Positions 9,374 to 18,061 of a stretch of DNA of 64,000 bases are shown piece after piece. A model generated the notes under the pieces. That model had not been told where the DNA came from and searched no databases. It saw nothing but the letters and a program-made list of their open reading frames with translations. Origin of the DNA: an uncultured Anaeroplasmatales bacterium (GTDB lineage: Bacteria; Bacillota_I; Bacilli_A; Acholeplasmatales; WRBM01); NCBI GenBank assembly GCA_964478425.1, contig CAYZIB010000003.1, positions 13,663 to 77,662 of the forward strand. Reading direction: 5' to 3'. A program made the translations under genes and the position numbers. Position 1 is the first letter of the stretch. Each line of letters opens with the position of its first letter.

Positions 9374-10347
9374 TGGAAAATCTTCATGTTTCTGCTGCTC
9401 CTCATATTAATAGTGGTGCTACAACACATAATGTAATGAAAGATGTTGCAATTGCTTTATTACCAGCAAGTATAGCTGCAGTTGTAATATTTGGATTACA
9501 AGCTTTATTAATTATATTAGTATGTGTTTTAAGTGCAGTTTTAAGTGAATATGTATTTAATTTAATTACAAAGAAAAAACAAACATTATATGATTTTAGT
9601 GCTGTTGTTACAGGATTAATATTAGCATTAAACTTAAGTACTAAAGTCCCTTTATGGCAATGTGCAATAGGAAGTGTATTTGCAATTATTGTTGTTAAAT
9701 GTTTATTTGGTGGTTTAGGAAAAAATATTGCAAACCCTGCAATAGCTGCAAGAGTATTTTTACTTTTTGCATTTGGTTTAACAGTTGCTGGTGGTGCACT
9801 TCCAATTTTAGGATCAGATAAAAGTTTTTTTGGAATTGCTTTTGGAAATAATACAGGTGATATTATTGTAAGTGGAGCAACACCATTAGTTAATTTAAAA
9901 AATGGAGAATATAATTTATTAACATTATTTTTAGGTAATCATGGTGGTACAATCGGTGAAACTTGTGTTATTGCTTTACTTTTAGGCTATATTTATTTAG
10001 TATATCGTAAAGTTATTAAATGGTATGTACCTTTTGCATTTGTTATGACTGTATTTGTTTTATATTTTGTTAAAACAGGTGATTTAGGAATTTCACTTGC
10101 ACAAGTATTAGCTGGTGGATTATTATTTGGGGCTATATTTATGGCAACAGATTATGTTACAACTCCATTATCTAATTTAGGAAAAGTAGTATTTTGTATT
10201 GGATGTGGAATATTAACATTTGCATTAAGAACTGGATTTTTAGGTTCATATCCTGAAGGTGTTTCTATTTCAATATTATTTATGAATATGTTAACACCAT
10301 TAATTGAAAAATTTACAACTCCGAAAACATTAGGAGGTATTAAATAA
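9373..10347 (+). CDS. rnfD: Rnf complex subunit D
   Basis: Polytopic NqrB/RnfD family protein with the flavinylation motif VSGATPL. Its start overlaps the rnfC stop. Confidence 0.9.
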   Translation: MENLHVSAAPHINSGATTHNVMKDVAIALLPASIAAVVIFGLQALLIILVCVLSAVLSEYVFNLITKKKQTLYDFSAVVTGLILALNLSTKVPLWQCAIGSVFAIIVVKCLFGGLGKNIANPAIAARVFLLFAFGLTVAGGALPILGSDKSFFGIAFGNNTGDIIVSGATPLVNLKNGEYNLLTLFLGNHGGTIGETCVIALLLGYIYLVYRKVIKWYVPFAFVMTVFVLYFVKTGDLGISLAQVLAGGLLFGAIFMATDYVTTPLSNLGKVVFCIGCGILTFALRTGFLGSYPEGVSISILFMNMLTPLIEKFTTPKTLGGIK

Positions 10348-11636
10348 TGAATAATAAAAAAGATTTATTTAAAGCAAGTATTATTATGGTATTAGTTGTT
10401 TTAATTTTTTCATTTGCAATGTGGGGATTAAATTTTTATACTGCACCATTAATTGAAAAAAACAAAGCAGGAAGTGCTAATGAAGTTTTAAATGCTGTTA
10501 TGCCTAATAATAATGGATTTACAGATATAACATCTACATTAACAATCAATTCTGAATCAGGTGTTTATGAAGTTCATAAAGAAAATAGTGGTGCTGGATA
10601 TGTTATTAAAGCACAAAAACAAGGATATTCAAAACTTGTAAGTGCTGTTTGTGGGATATCTAGTGATGGTAAAATTGTTGGATTAACATTTGATTCAAAT
10701 GGTGATTTTGATGTACCGAGTGCTTCAATTAATCAATTTATTGGACTTGATTCAGCATTAGCAGGTGTTGAATTAAAAAATGGAGCAACTTATTCAACTA
10801 CTGCATTAAAAGAATTAGTTGAAGCTGCATTTGATTTATTAGTTCAAAATAATATGATTACTGCAGGTGTTAAATCAGATGAACAAGTATTAGAAGAATT
10901 GTTACCTACTGTATTTAATAGTTTTGAAAAAGGATCTGAATTACCTTCTTCAGGTAATATTATAAAAGCTTATAAAGCATCTAATGAAACTGGTTTTGCT
11001 TATTTTGTAAGAAATAATGAAGAAACATTATTAGTAATTGTAAATAATGATTTATCAGCTAAATGTTATAAACCAACTCATAATGAAACAAATAATACTT
11101 ATGGATTAGAAGATGTTACTAATAATAATCAAAGTGTTATTGATCTTGTGATTAGTGATGTTGCTGATAAAGTTAGTAGTTTTAATACTAAATTAGAAAA
11201 TAAAGTTAAAACTTTATATAATGATGCAAGTGAAATTGAATTTATTACTTTAAATTCATTTAATACGATTGCTAAAGCATTAAAATTTAAAACAAATAAT
11301 AATTTATATTATGCATTCTATTCAAGAAGTATAAATTCATTTAATAGTACAATAATGGAAGTATTTGTAATAATTGATGAAGATGGTAAAATAGTTGAAA
11401 CTAGTGTTTCTCCATTCTTCCAAGAAGAACAATATTTCTTTGCGGTTAAAGATTTTAATAGTAAAAATTATACAGATTCATTAATAGGAAGAACAGATGA
11501 AATTATCTCTAATAATTTATTTGATAAAGATAATGAATTATATATTACAGGAGCTACATGTTCAACTAATGGATTAAAGAATGCTTATAAAGATGCATTT
11601 AATGTATTTAATAACATTAAAGGAGGTAATAATTAA
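10347..11636 (+). CDS. rnfG: Rnf complex subunit G, double-length with two FMN-binding motifs
   Basis: N-terminal TM anchor. Two FMN_bind-type endings are present: NGATYSTTALKELVEAA (T148) and TGATCSTNGLKNAYKDA (T404). The gene occupies the rnfG position between rnfD and rnfE. Confidence 0.8.
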   Translation: MNNKKDLFKASIIMVLVVLIFSFAMWGLNFYTAPLIEKNKAGSANEVLNAVMPNNNGFTDITSTLTINSESGVYEVHKENSGAGYVIKAQKQGYSKLVSAVCGISSDGKIVGLTFDSNGDFDVPSASINQFIGLDSALAGVELKNGATYSTTALKELVEAAFDLLVQNNMITAGVKSDEQVLEELLPTVFNSFEKGSELPSSGNIIKAYKASNETGFAYFVRNNEETLLVIVNNDLSAKCYKPTHNETNNTYGLEDVTNNNQSVIDLVISDVADKVSSFNTKLENKVKTLYNDASEIEFITLNSFNTIAKALKFKTNNNLYYAFYSRSINSFNSTIMEVFVIIDEDGKIVETSVSPFFQEEQYFFAVKDFNSKNYTDSLIGRTDEIISNNLFDKDNELYITGATCSTNGLKNAYKDAFNVFNNIKGGNN

Positions 11637-12232
11637 TGAAAATTTTAAGTAAATATTTATTAAGAGGAACTCCTGCGTTATTAATAACATTAGGAGCAGG
11701 ATTTGTAATGGCATCAAGTGCTGATGTTAGAGCAGGTTTAGGTATGGGTGTATGTATTACTATTGCTTTATTATTAAGTTCAATAGTAGTTTCTGGTTTA
11801 AGAAATGTTATACCAGAACGTTATCATCTTCCAATATATATATTAATTATGACAGGATTTGTTTCAATAATTGACATGTTAATGCAAGCATGGTTCCCTG
11901 AAGTATGTAATATGCTTGGAGTACATCTTGCAGCATTAAGTGTTTCAGCAGTAGTTTATCGTGATTGTGAAGAAGTTGCTGGTGTAAGTACAGAACAAAA
12001 ATCAATTTTAACAGCTTTACTTACTGGATTATTATTTTTAGCAATCATGGTTGTTTGTGCATTATTCCGTGAAGTATTAGGTAATGCATCTTTCTGTGGT
12101 ATTGAAATTGCGTTTTTAAAAGATTATAAAATTAGTGCATTAACTTCTGCATTTGGTGGATATTTACTTCTTGCAATTTGTGTTGCAGTATTAAAGAAAA
12201 TTGGTGCATTAATAACTAAGGAGGCTAAATAA
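11636..12232 (+). CDS. rnfE: Rnf complex subunit E
   Basis: 198-aa polytopic NqrD/RnfE-like protein, in the conserved position. Confidence 0.85.
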   Translation: MKILSKYLLRGTPALLITLGAGFVMASSADVRAGLGMGVCITIALLLSSIVVSGLRNVIPERYHLPIYILIMTGFVSIIDMLMQAWFPEVCNMLGVHLAALSVSAVVYRDCEEVAGVSTEQKSILTALLTGLLFLAIMVVCALFREVLGNASFCGIEIAFLKDYKISALTSAFGGYLLLAICVAVLKKIGALITKEAK

Positions 12233-12234
12233 TT

Positions 12235-12783
12235 ATGACATTTGAAGTTATTATTGGAATATTATTAGCTGGTATTTTATCAAATAACTATGCATTACTT
12301 CATTTTTTAGGAACAGGCGCTGTTATTGAAAATGAAAGATCAGATAAAAAATCATTAATTATAGGTTTAGGAACAACTCTTGTAATGGTTTTATCTACAT
12401 TAATTACATGGCCTTTAAATAAATATCTATTAAAAAATGTTCCATATTTACAAACAATGGCATTTGTAATTGTATTATTAATAGTAATTGAATTAATTCA
12501 CTTATATACTAAAAAACATCTTGAATCTTATTGTAAAGTTGATTTTATGAAATTTACAATAAATGGTGCTGTTTTAGGTTTATGTATTCATAATACAAGT
12601 TTAATGTTTTTAGAAGCATTATTAACTGCATTTAGTGTTGGAATTGGATTTACATTAACATTAATTGTATTTAGTGAATTAGAACAAAAAATAGATAAAG
12701 AAGCAGTGCCAAAATCATTTAGAGGATTACCTATTTTATTATTAATCGCTGGTTTAATGGCATTAGCGTTAATTGCATTTTAA
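12235..12783 (+). CDS. rnfA: Rnf complex subunit A
   Basis: 182-aa NqrE/RnfA-like protein (LSNNYALLHFLG.. start), in the conserved position. Confidence 0.85.
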   Translation: MTFEVIIGILLAGILSNNYALLHFLGTGAVIENERSDKKSLIIGLGTTLVMVLSTLITWPLNKYLLKNVPYLQTMAFVIVLLIVIELIHLYTKKHLESYCKVDFMKFTINGAVLGLCIHNTSLMFLEALLTAFSVGIGFTLTLIVFSELEQKIDKEAVPKSFRGLPILLLIAGLMALALIAF

Positions 12784-13133
12784 TGAAAAAAAAAGATATA
12801 ATTTTAATAGTTTCAATTTGTATTATAGCTTTATTAAGTTATGTTTTAATTCTTAATAATAAAAAACCAGGAGCAGAAGTAATTATTAGAGTTGATGGTG
12901 TTGAAGTTGCAAGATATAATTTAGATATTGATGGTACTTATGAATTAAATGGTGGTACTAATATATTAGTTATAAAAGATAAAGAAGCTTATTTAATTGA
13001 TGCAAATTGTCCTGATAAGTTATGTATAAACCAAGGTAAAATAAGTAAAAATGGAGAAACAATAACTTGTTTACCTAATAAATTAACAGTTACAGTCGTT
13101 GGAAATAAAAATGATGTGGAGATAATAAGCTAA
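12783..13133 (+). CDS. NusG domain II-containing (DUF1312-like) membrane-anchored protein
   Basis: N-terminal TM helix followed by the characteristic CPDKLCINQG...ITCLPNKL pattern. Its ATG overlaps the rnfA stop by 1 nt. Confidence 0.65.
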   Translation: MKKKDIILIVSICIIALLSYVLILNNKKPGAEVIIRVDGVEVARYNLDIDGTYELNGGTNILVIKDKEAYLIDANCPDKLCINQGKISKNGETITCLPNKLTVTVVGNKNDVEIIS

Positions 13134-13616
13134 ATGAAAAATCAAAAGATTGGATTACTTGGAGTTTTTACTGCTTTAGCAATGATTTTATCATTTGTTG
13201 AAAGTCAAATTCCTTCACTAGTTCCTGGAATTAAACTAGGATTACCTAATATTGCTATAATTATAATACTTTATCTATTTAGTGCTAAGGAAGCTTTTAT
13301 TGTAAGTATAATAAGAGTAATTCTAACAAGTTTATTATTTACATCTATTCCTACAATGATTTATAGTTTAGCAGGAGCAATATTAAGTTTAATATTCATG
13401 ATTATTTTAAAAAAATCGTTTGCTGTTATAACTGTTAGTATGATAGGAGCAATATTTCATAATATTGGTCAGATTTTAGTTGCAATTTTAATAACCAATA
13501 CTAATAGTTTAATATATTATTTACCTGTTTTAATTATAAGTGGATTAATATCAGGTATAATAATTGGACTAATTTCTGGGAATGCTGTTAATAAAATTAA
13601 AATGATTGAATTATAA
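13134..13616 (+). CDS. Gx transporter family protein (formerly heptaprenyl diphosphate synthase component I-like)
   Basis: 160-aa polytopic protein with a PGIKLGLPNI block. It starts immediately after the preceding stop. Confidence 0.65.
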   Translation: MKNQKIGLLGVFTALAMILSFVESQIPSLVPGIKLGLPNIAIIIILYLFSAKEAFIVSIIRVILTSLLFTSIPTMIYSLAGAILSLIFMIILKKSFAVITVSMIGAIFHNIGQILVAILITNTNSLIYYLPVLIISGLISGIIIGLISGNAVNKIKMIEL

Positions 13617-13653
13617 AAAAATAACTACAAAGTTAACTTTGTAGTTGTTTTTT
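13615..13653. terminator. Bidirectional terminator; copy A of the 24-bp perfect palindrome AACTACAAAGTTAACTTTGTAGTT (13623-13646)
   Basis: A 12-bp self-complementary arm pair is flanked by A7 upstream and a T-run downstream. It lies between the convergent Gx-transporter and TetR genes. Confidence 0.85.
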
Positions 13654-14245
13654 ATTTTACAGATCTTTTTTTTAAAAATTCAATAACCCAATATTTAGTA
13701 TAATCATATAATCCATCTAATGTTGTTGTTAAATATCCTCTACAATATTTAATATATTCACAAAATAATCCTTCTAAAAAAATTTTTATATCTAATTCAA
13801 GATAATCTTTATTAATTATTTTATTATCATTTATACATAATTCTAACATTTTATTTGAAGCAATAGTAGTTAGTTTTTGAGCTGTAAAAATAAAATCATT
13901 TGATTTACATAATAATTTGTAATTTTCATTATTTATTTTAATAAATTCAAATATTGAATCAATAAATTGTAAAATATCTTTTTGTTGAATTAAATAAGTT
14001 TTACTAAAAAAAGTATCAATTAATTCATTTTCATATTCTTCAGCTACTTCATATATATCAGTATAATGACTATAAAAAGTACCTCTACTAATATCAGCTT
14101 TTAAACATAATTCGCTTATAGAGATTTTACCTAATTCTTTTTTATCAGATAGCATTTCAGCAAAAGTTTTTCTTATTAAATTTCTTGTTTTTTTTGAGGA
14201 ATTATTTAAATTTTTTACTTTCATAGTACTTTCCTTTTTGAACAA
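13652..14245 (-). CDS. TetR/AcrR family transcriptional regulator
   Basis: N-terminal HTH ISISELCLKADISRGTFYSHY. It is divergent from the ABC genes. Confidence 0.8.
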   Translation of the reverse strand: MFKKESTMKVKNLNNSSKKTRNLIRKTFAEMLSDKKELGKISISELCLKADISRGTFYSHYTDIYEVAEEYENELIDTFFSKTYLIQQKDILQFIDSIFEFIKINNENYKLLCKSNDFIFTAQKLTTIASNKMLELCINDNKIINKDYLELDIKIFLEGLFCEYIKYCRGYLTTTLDGLYDYTKYWVIEFLKKRSVK

Positions 14246-14319
14246 TTTATTAATTTTTGTTTATATTTAAACTTTGATAAAAAAATTGTTCTTTTTTTAT
14301 TTTTTTGTTTATTATAATA

Positions 14320-14347
14320 TAACACCGTTCAAATGTCAACAGTGTTA
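14320..14347. promoter_or_regulatory. Candidate TetR operator (imperfect inverted repeat)
   Basis: TAACACCGTT-N8-AACAGTGTTA (9 of 10 positions complementary), located between a TATAAT box (14313-14318) and the RBS of the first ABC gene. Confidence 0.4.
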
Positions 14348-14363
14348 AAAAAGGAGGGTAAAT

Positions 14364-15314
14364 ATGGATGAAAATAAGATGATAGAAATAAAAAATCTAA
14401 CAAAAGATTATGGTTTTAATAGAGGTGTATTTGATTGTAATATCATAGTCAAAAAAGGAGAAGTATATGGATTTTTAGGACCAAATGGTGCTGGGAAATC
14501 CACAACTATTAGACATTTGATGGGTTTTTCTAAACCTGATAAAGGACTTTGTAAAATTTTAGGGAAAAATATGTTTTATGAGTATAATCAAATTTTAAAT
14601 AAAGTTGGTTATATTCCGGGAGAAATAGCTTTGCCACAAGGAATTACAGGAAAAGAATTTATAAAAATGATTCAAGATATGCAACAAATTCATAATGAAA
14701 ATAGACTTAAAAAAATGTTGGATATTTTTGAATTAAAAGATGATTTATTAAATTTAGATGTTAAAGAAATGAGTCTTGGAATAAAAAGAAAATTAGTAAT
14801 TGTAACAGCTTTTATGCATGATCCAGATGTGTTAATACTAGATGAACCAACAAGTGGTTTAGATCCAGTTATGCAAGAAAGATTTGTTATGTTAATTCAT
14901 GAAGAAAAAAAGAGAGGAAAAACTATTTTATTATCTAGTCATATTTTTTCAGAAATTGATGAGACATGCGATAAAATTGCAATCATAAAAGATGGTGTTA
15001 TTGTTAAAAAATTTGATGCTAATGATTTAAAACATGCATCAGTAAAATATTATACAATTAAGTTTAATAATACATTAGATAAAAATAATTTTATTATAAA
15101 TTCAAAACATATTAAATCATTAGAATTATTAGATGAATCAGAAGATGAAGTATATTTATCATTAGAAGATAATAATTTAAATGATTTAGTTTGCTTACTT
15201 TCTAATTTTAAAATAAAATCATTTTCAAATAAATTAGAATCATTAGAAGATTTTTTTATGAAATTTTATAATGATGATAAAAAATATGGAGGTGTATTTA
15301 ATGAATGTAATTGA
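14364..15314 (+). CDS. ABC transporter ATP-binding protein
   Basis: Walker A GPNGAGKST, signature-like block, Walker B LILDEPTSGLD. Confidence 0.85.
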   Translation: MDENKMIEIKNLTKDYGFNRGVFDCNIIVKKGEVYGFLGPNGAGKSTTIRHLMGFSKPDKGLCKILGKNMFYEYNQILNKVGYIPGEIALPQGITGKEFIKMIQDMQQIHNENRLKKMLDIFELKDDLLNLDVKEMSLGIKRKLVIVTAFMHDPDVLILDEPTSGLDPVMQERFVMLIHEEKKRGKTILLSSHIFSEIDETCDKIAIIKDGVIVKKFDANDLKHASVKYYTIKFNNTLDKNNFIINSKHIKSLELLDESEDEVYLSLEDNNLNDLVCLLSNFKIKSFSNKLESLEDFFMKFYNDDKKYGGVFNECN

Positions 15315-16209
15315 AATAAAAAATTTAACTAAGGATTATGGAAATAATAAAGGCGTTTTTGATTTAAACTTAACTATAAAAAAAGGTGAAATGATTGGTT
15401 ATGTAGGAACAAATGGAAGTGGAAAAACGACAACTATTAGAAATATTATGGGGTTTATAAAACCAACAAGTGGGGAGGTGCTTGTTAATGGTTTATCAAC
15501 ATGGAAATATCAAGATGAAATAGTAAAACAAATAGGTTATGTTCCAGGTGAAATTGCATTTCCAGACTTAAAAACAGGAAAAGATTTTTTAAAAAGTCAA
15601 CAAGAATTTTTAGGATTAAAAGATATGAATTATGCAGATCAATTGATTAAAAGATTAAAACTTGATCCAACTGCAAACTTAAAAAGAATGAGTAAAGGTA
15701 TGAAACAAAAAACAGCATTAGTTGCTGCATTAATGAATGATTCACCTATAATTATTCTTGATGAGCCTACAACTGGTCTTGATCCATTAATGAGAAAGAC
15801 TTTTTTAGATATTATAAAAGAAGAACATAAAAAAGGTAAAACAATTTTAATGAGTAGCCATAGTTTTGAAGAGTTAGAAAAAACATGTGATAAAGTAGTT
15901 TTAATTAATGAGGGTAGAATAGTTGATATATGTAATATGGATGATATAAATAACAGAAATACAAGAGAATTTAAGATAGAGTTTAATAATAATTTAGATT
16001 ATAAAAAATTTTTGTATGAAGATTATGTATTTATTAGATTACAAGAAAAATATAATCAAGTAACTATTAAATTAGAACAAAATAAAATAAATGATTTGTT
16101 TATTATTTTAAAAAATTATGATGTAAAATTTATTTCTGAAATACCATATACACTAGAAAGACATTTTAAAAATATATTATTAAAAAAAGAGGAGTGTAAA
16201 TATGTTTAG
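15301..16209 (+). CDS. ABC transporter ATP-binding protein (second ATPase)
   Basis: Walker A GTNGSGKTT and Walker B IILDEPTTGLD. The start is set at the ATG preceded by GGAGG, rather than the longer track ORF from 15271. Confidence 0.85.
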   Translation: MNVIEIKNLTKDYGNNKGVFDLNLTIKKGEMIGYVGTNGSGKTTTIRNIMGFIKPTSGEVLVNGLSTWKYQDEIVKQIGYVPGEIAFPDLKTGKDFLKSQQEFLGLKDMNYADQLIKRLKLDPTANLKRMSKGMKQKTALVAALMNDSPIIILDEPTTGLDPLMRKTFLDIIKEEHKKGKTILMSSHSFEELEKTCDKVVLINEGRIVDICNMDDINNRNTREFKIEFNNNLDYKKFLYEDYVFIRLQEKYNQVTIKLEQNKINDLFIILKNYDVKFISEIPYTLERHFKNILLKKEECKYV

Positions 16210-17977
16210 TAAAGCTTTATTTAAACAATCTATTAAGGCAAATAAAACAATGTGGTATGTAGTTACATTTGCAGTTTGTTTTATGCTTGCATGTGTTATG
16301 TTGATTTCTGGGAATGGAAATATAGGGAATGTTAAAAATGAAATACAAGATACAATTATAATAGAAGAATTAAATTCACAAATGCAGAAAAGAGGATTAT
16401 CATATTATTCTTATATAAATGATGGATTAGAAGAGTTTGATGTGTTATTTAGTAAAAATGAAAAAGATGTGTTAACGTATTTAATGTGGTTTAAAAATAT
16501 TCCTAATGAATCTGATGAGTCATATAATGAATATTTAAAAAATATGCCAATTATGGAAACACAATTAGGAAATAATTACCTATTAGAAGTAAGTGATTGG
16601 CAAAAAAATATGCCACAGCAAAAAGATTATCTATCAAGCGAAGAATATTTAAAAGCATTAGAAATTTGGGAAAATAATTCACCTATTTCTTTAGAGTATA
16701 CTACAAATTTGGTTTATACAAGTAGTATTAATGAATTAAAACAATATGTTATATTAAAAGCTAATGAAATGGGCTATATGGAAGATTCAAAAGAATTTGA
16801 AGAGATGTTTGGATGTATTATTTATGCGATTAATCCTAATAATATGTTCGATGATTTTTATAATTTGAATAATGAAATAGTTGATGATTATGATATTACA
16901 TATCTTATAAATAATGTATTAACAAAATCTATTGATGAGATAGTTTATTCAAGCACGAGAATAGATTATAGATTAAAAAGAGCTAATAATCATGCTTCAA
17001 TATTTTTAGCAGGAAATATGATTAATAAAGATAATGTTAGTTTATTACTTGAAGAATTAAAAAGTTATGGAATCACTGAAGAAAAATATAATAATTTTGG
17101 ATATACTTATGATTATATAAAAAATTTATCCAATAAAGCTATAATTACATATCAAGCACAAATAGAATATGAAATTGATTTAATTAATCAAAAATATAAT
17201 GGAAATGTATTAGATGAAGAATATATTAATGAAGTTAATAATAAAAAAAATGAATTAGCAAATGAAATTTCATCAAGTTTTTTACAAACATTACCGAAAA
17301 CTGTATCAGATGCATTAGAAGAAATAGGGAAAGCAGACTTATATACATTAATAGTTGGTTCTATTTTTTATAAACTTGCAGGATTATTGTTACCTATTAT
17401 TTTTATGATAATGGTGTCAAATAATTTAATAGTAGGTCAAGTAGATAGTGGCCAAATGGCATATATTTTATCAACATCAACTAAAAGAAAAACAATTGTG
17501 TTTACTCAAAGTATGTATTTAATAATTTCACTTTTAGCAATGTTTATTTGTACAACTATTACAAGTGTTGTTTGTTTAAGTATTGTTCCTGAAAATGTTG
17601 ATTTAACATATAGTAATTTAATATTACTTAATCTTGGAGCATTTTTAGTATTATTTGCCTTGTCTGGTTTATGTTTTTTTACATCATGTTATTTTGATAG
17701 AAGTAAATATCAAATGGCTATTGGTGGAGGATTAAGTATTTTCGCTTTAGTTGCTGCTATGCTTGGATTATTTGGAAGTCCTGCAATACCTGCTGTTATC
17801 AGATTAAATTCATTAAATTATTTTAATTATGTTACTATTATTTCTTTATTTGATGTAATTAAAATAATTGAAGGGAATAATATTTTTATTTTAAAATTAA
17901 TTATATTATTAATTTTAGGAATTATTGGATATGTCTTAGGAAGTATTAAGTTTGATAAAAAGGATTTACCTTTATAA
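16202..17977 (+). CDS. ABC transporter permease with a large extracytoplasmic domain
   Basis: N-terminal TM helix, a ~330-aa hydrophilic region, then ~5 C-terminal TM helices. It overlaps the upstream ATPase gene. Confidence 0.65.
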   Translation: MFSKALFKQSIKANKTMWYVVTFAVCFMLACVMLISGNGNIGNVKNEIQDTIIIEELNSQMQKRGLSYYSYINDGLEEFDVLFSKNEKDVLTYLMWFKNIPNESDESYNEYLKNMPIMETQLGNNYLLEVSDWQKNMPQQKDYLSSEEYLKALEIWENNSPISLEYTTNLVYTSSINELKQYVILKANEMGYMEDSKEFEEMFGCIIYAINPNNMFDDFYNLNNEIVDDYDITYLINNVLTKSIDEIVYSSTRIDYRLKRANNHASIFLAGNMINKDNVSLLLEELKSYGITEEKYNNFGYTYDYIKNLSNKAIITYQAQIEYEIDLINQKYNGNVLDEEYINEVNNKKNELANEISSSFLQTLPKTVSDALEEIGKADLYTLIVGSIFYKLAGLLLPIIFMIMVSNNLIVGQVDSGQMAYILSTSTKRKTIVFTQSMYLIISLLAMFICTTITSVVCLSIVPENVDLTYSNLILLNLGAFLVLFALSGLCFFTSCYFDRSKYQMAIGGGLSIFALVAAMLGLFGSPAIPAVIRLNSLNYFNYVTIISLFDVIKIIEGNNIFILKLIILLILGIIGYVLGSIKFDKKDLPL

Positions 17978-17983
17978 AATGAC

Positions 17984-18012
17984 AACTACAAAGTTAACTT
18001 TGTAGTTTTTTT
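17984..18012 (+). terminator. Terminator; copy B of the same 24-bp perfect palindrome (17984-18007)
   Basis: The sequence AACTACAAAGTTAACTTTGTAGTT is identical to copy A and is followed by T7. Confidence 0.85.
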
Positions 18013-18013
18013 A

Positions 18014-18042
18014 TTGTAAAAAGGCTATATAAATGATAAAAT
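18014..18042 (+). promoter_or_regulatory. Candidate promoter of the ecf operon
   Basis: TTGTAA, a 17-nt spacer, then TGaTAAAAT (extended -10). Confidence 0.5.
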
Positions 18043-18061
18043 TAATAAAGTGGTGATTTAT

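Noticed and set aside
13652-17977. TetR/ABC cassette as a mobile element.
   Set aside because: No transposase, integrase, recombinase or terminal inverted repeats other than the terminator palindromes are present. It is kept only as a flanking-repeat observation, not called as a mobile element.
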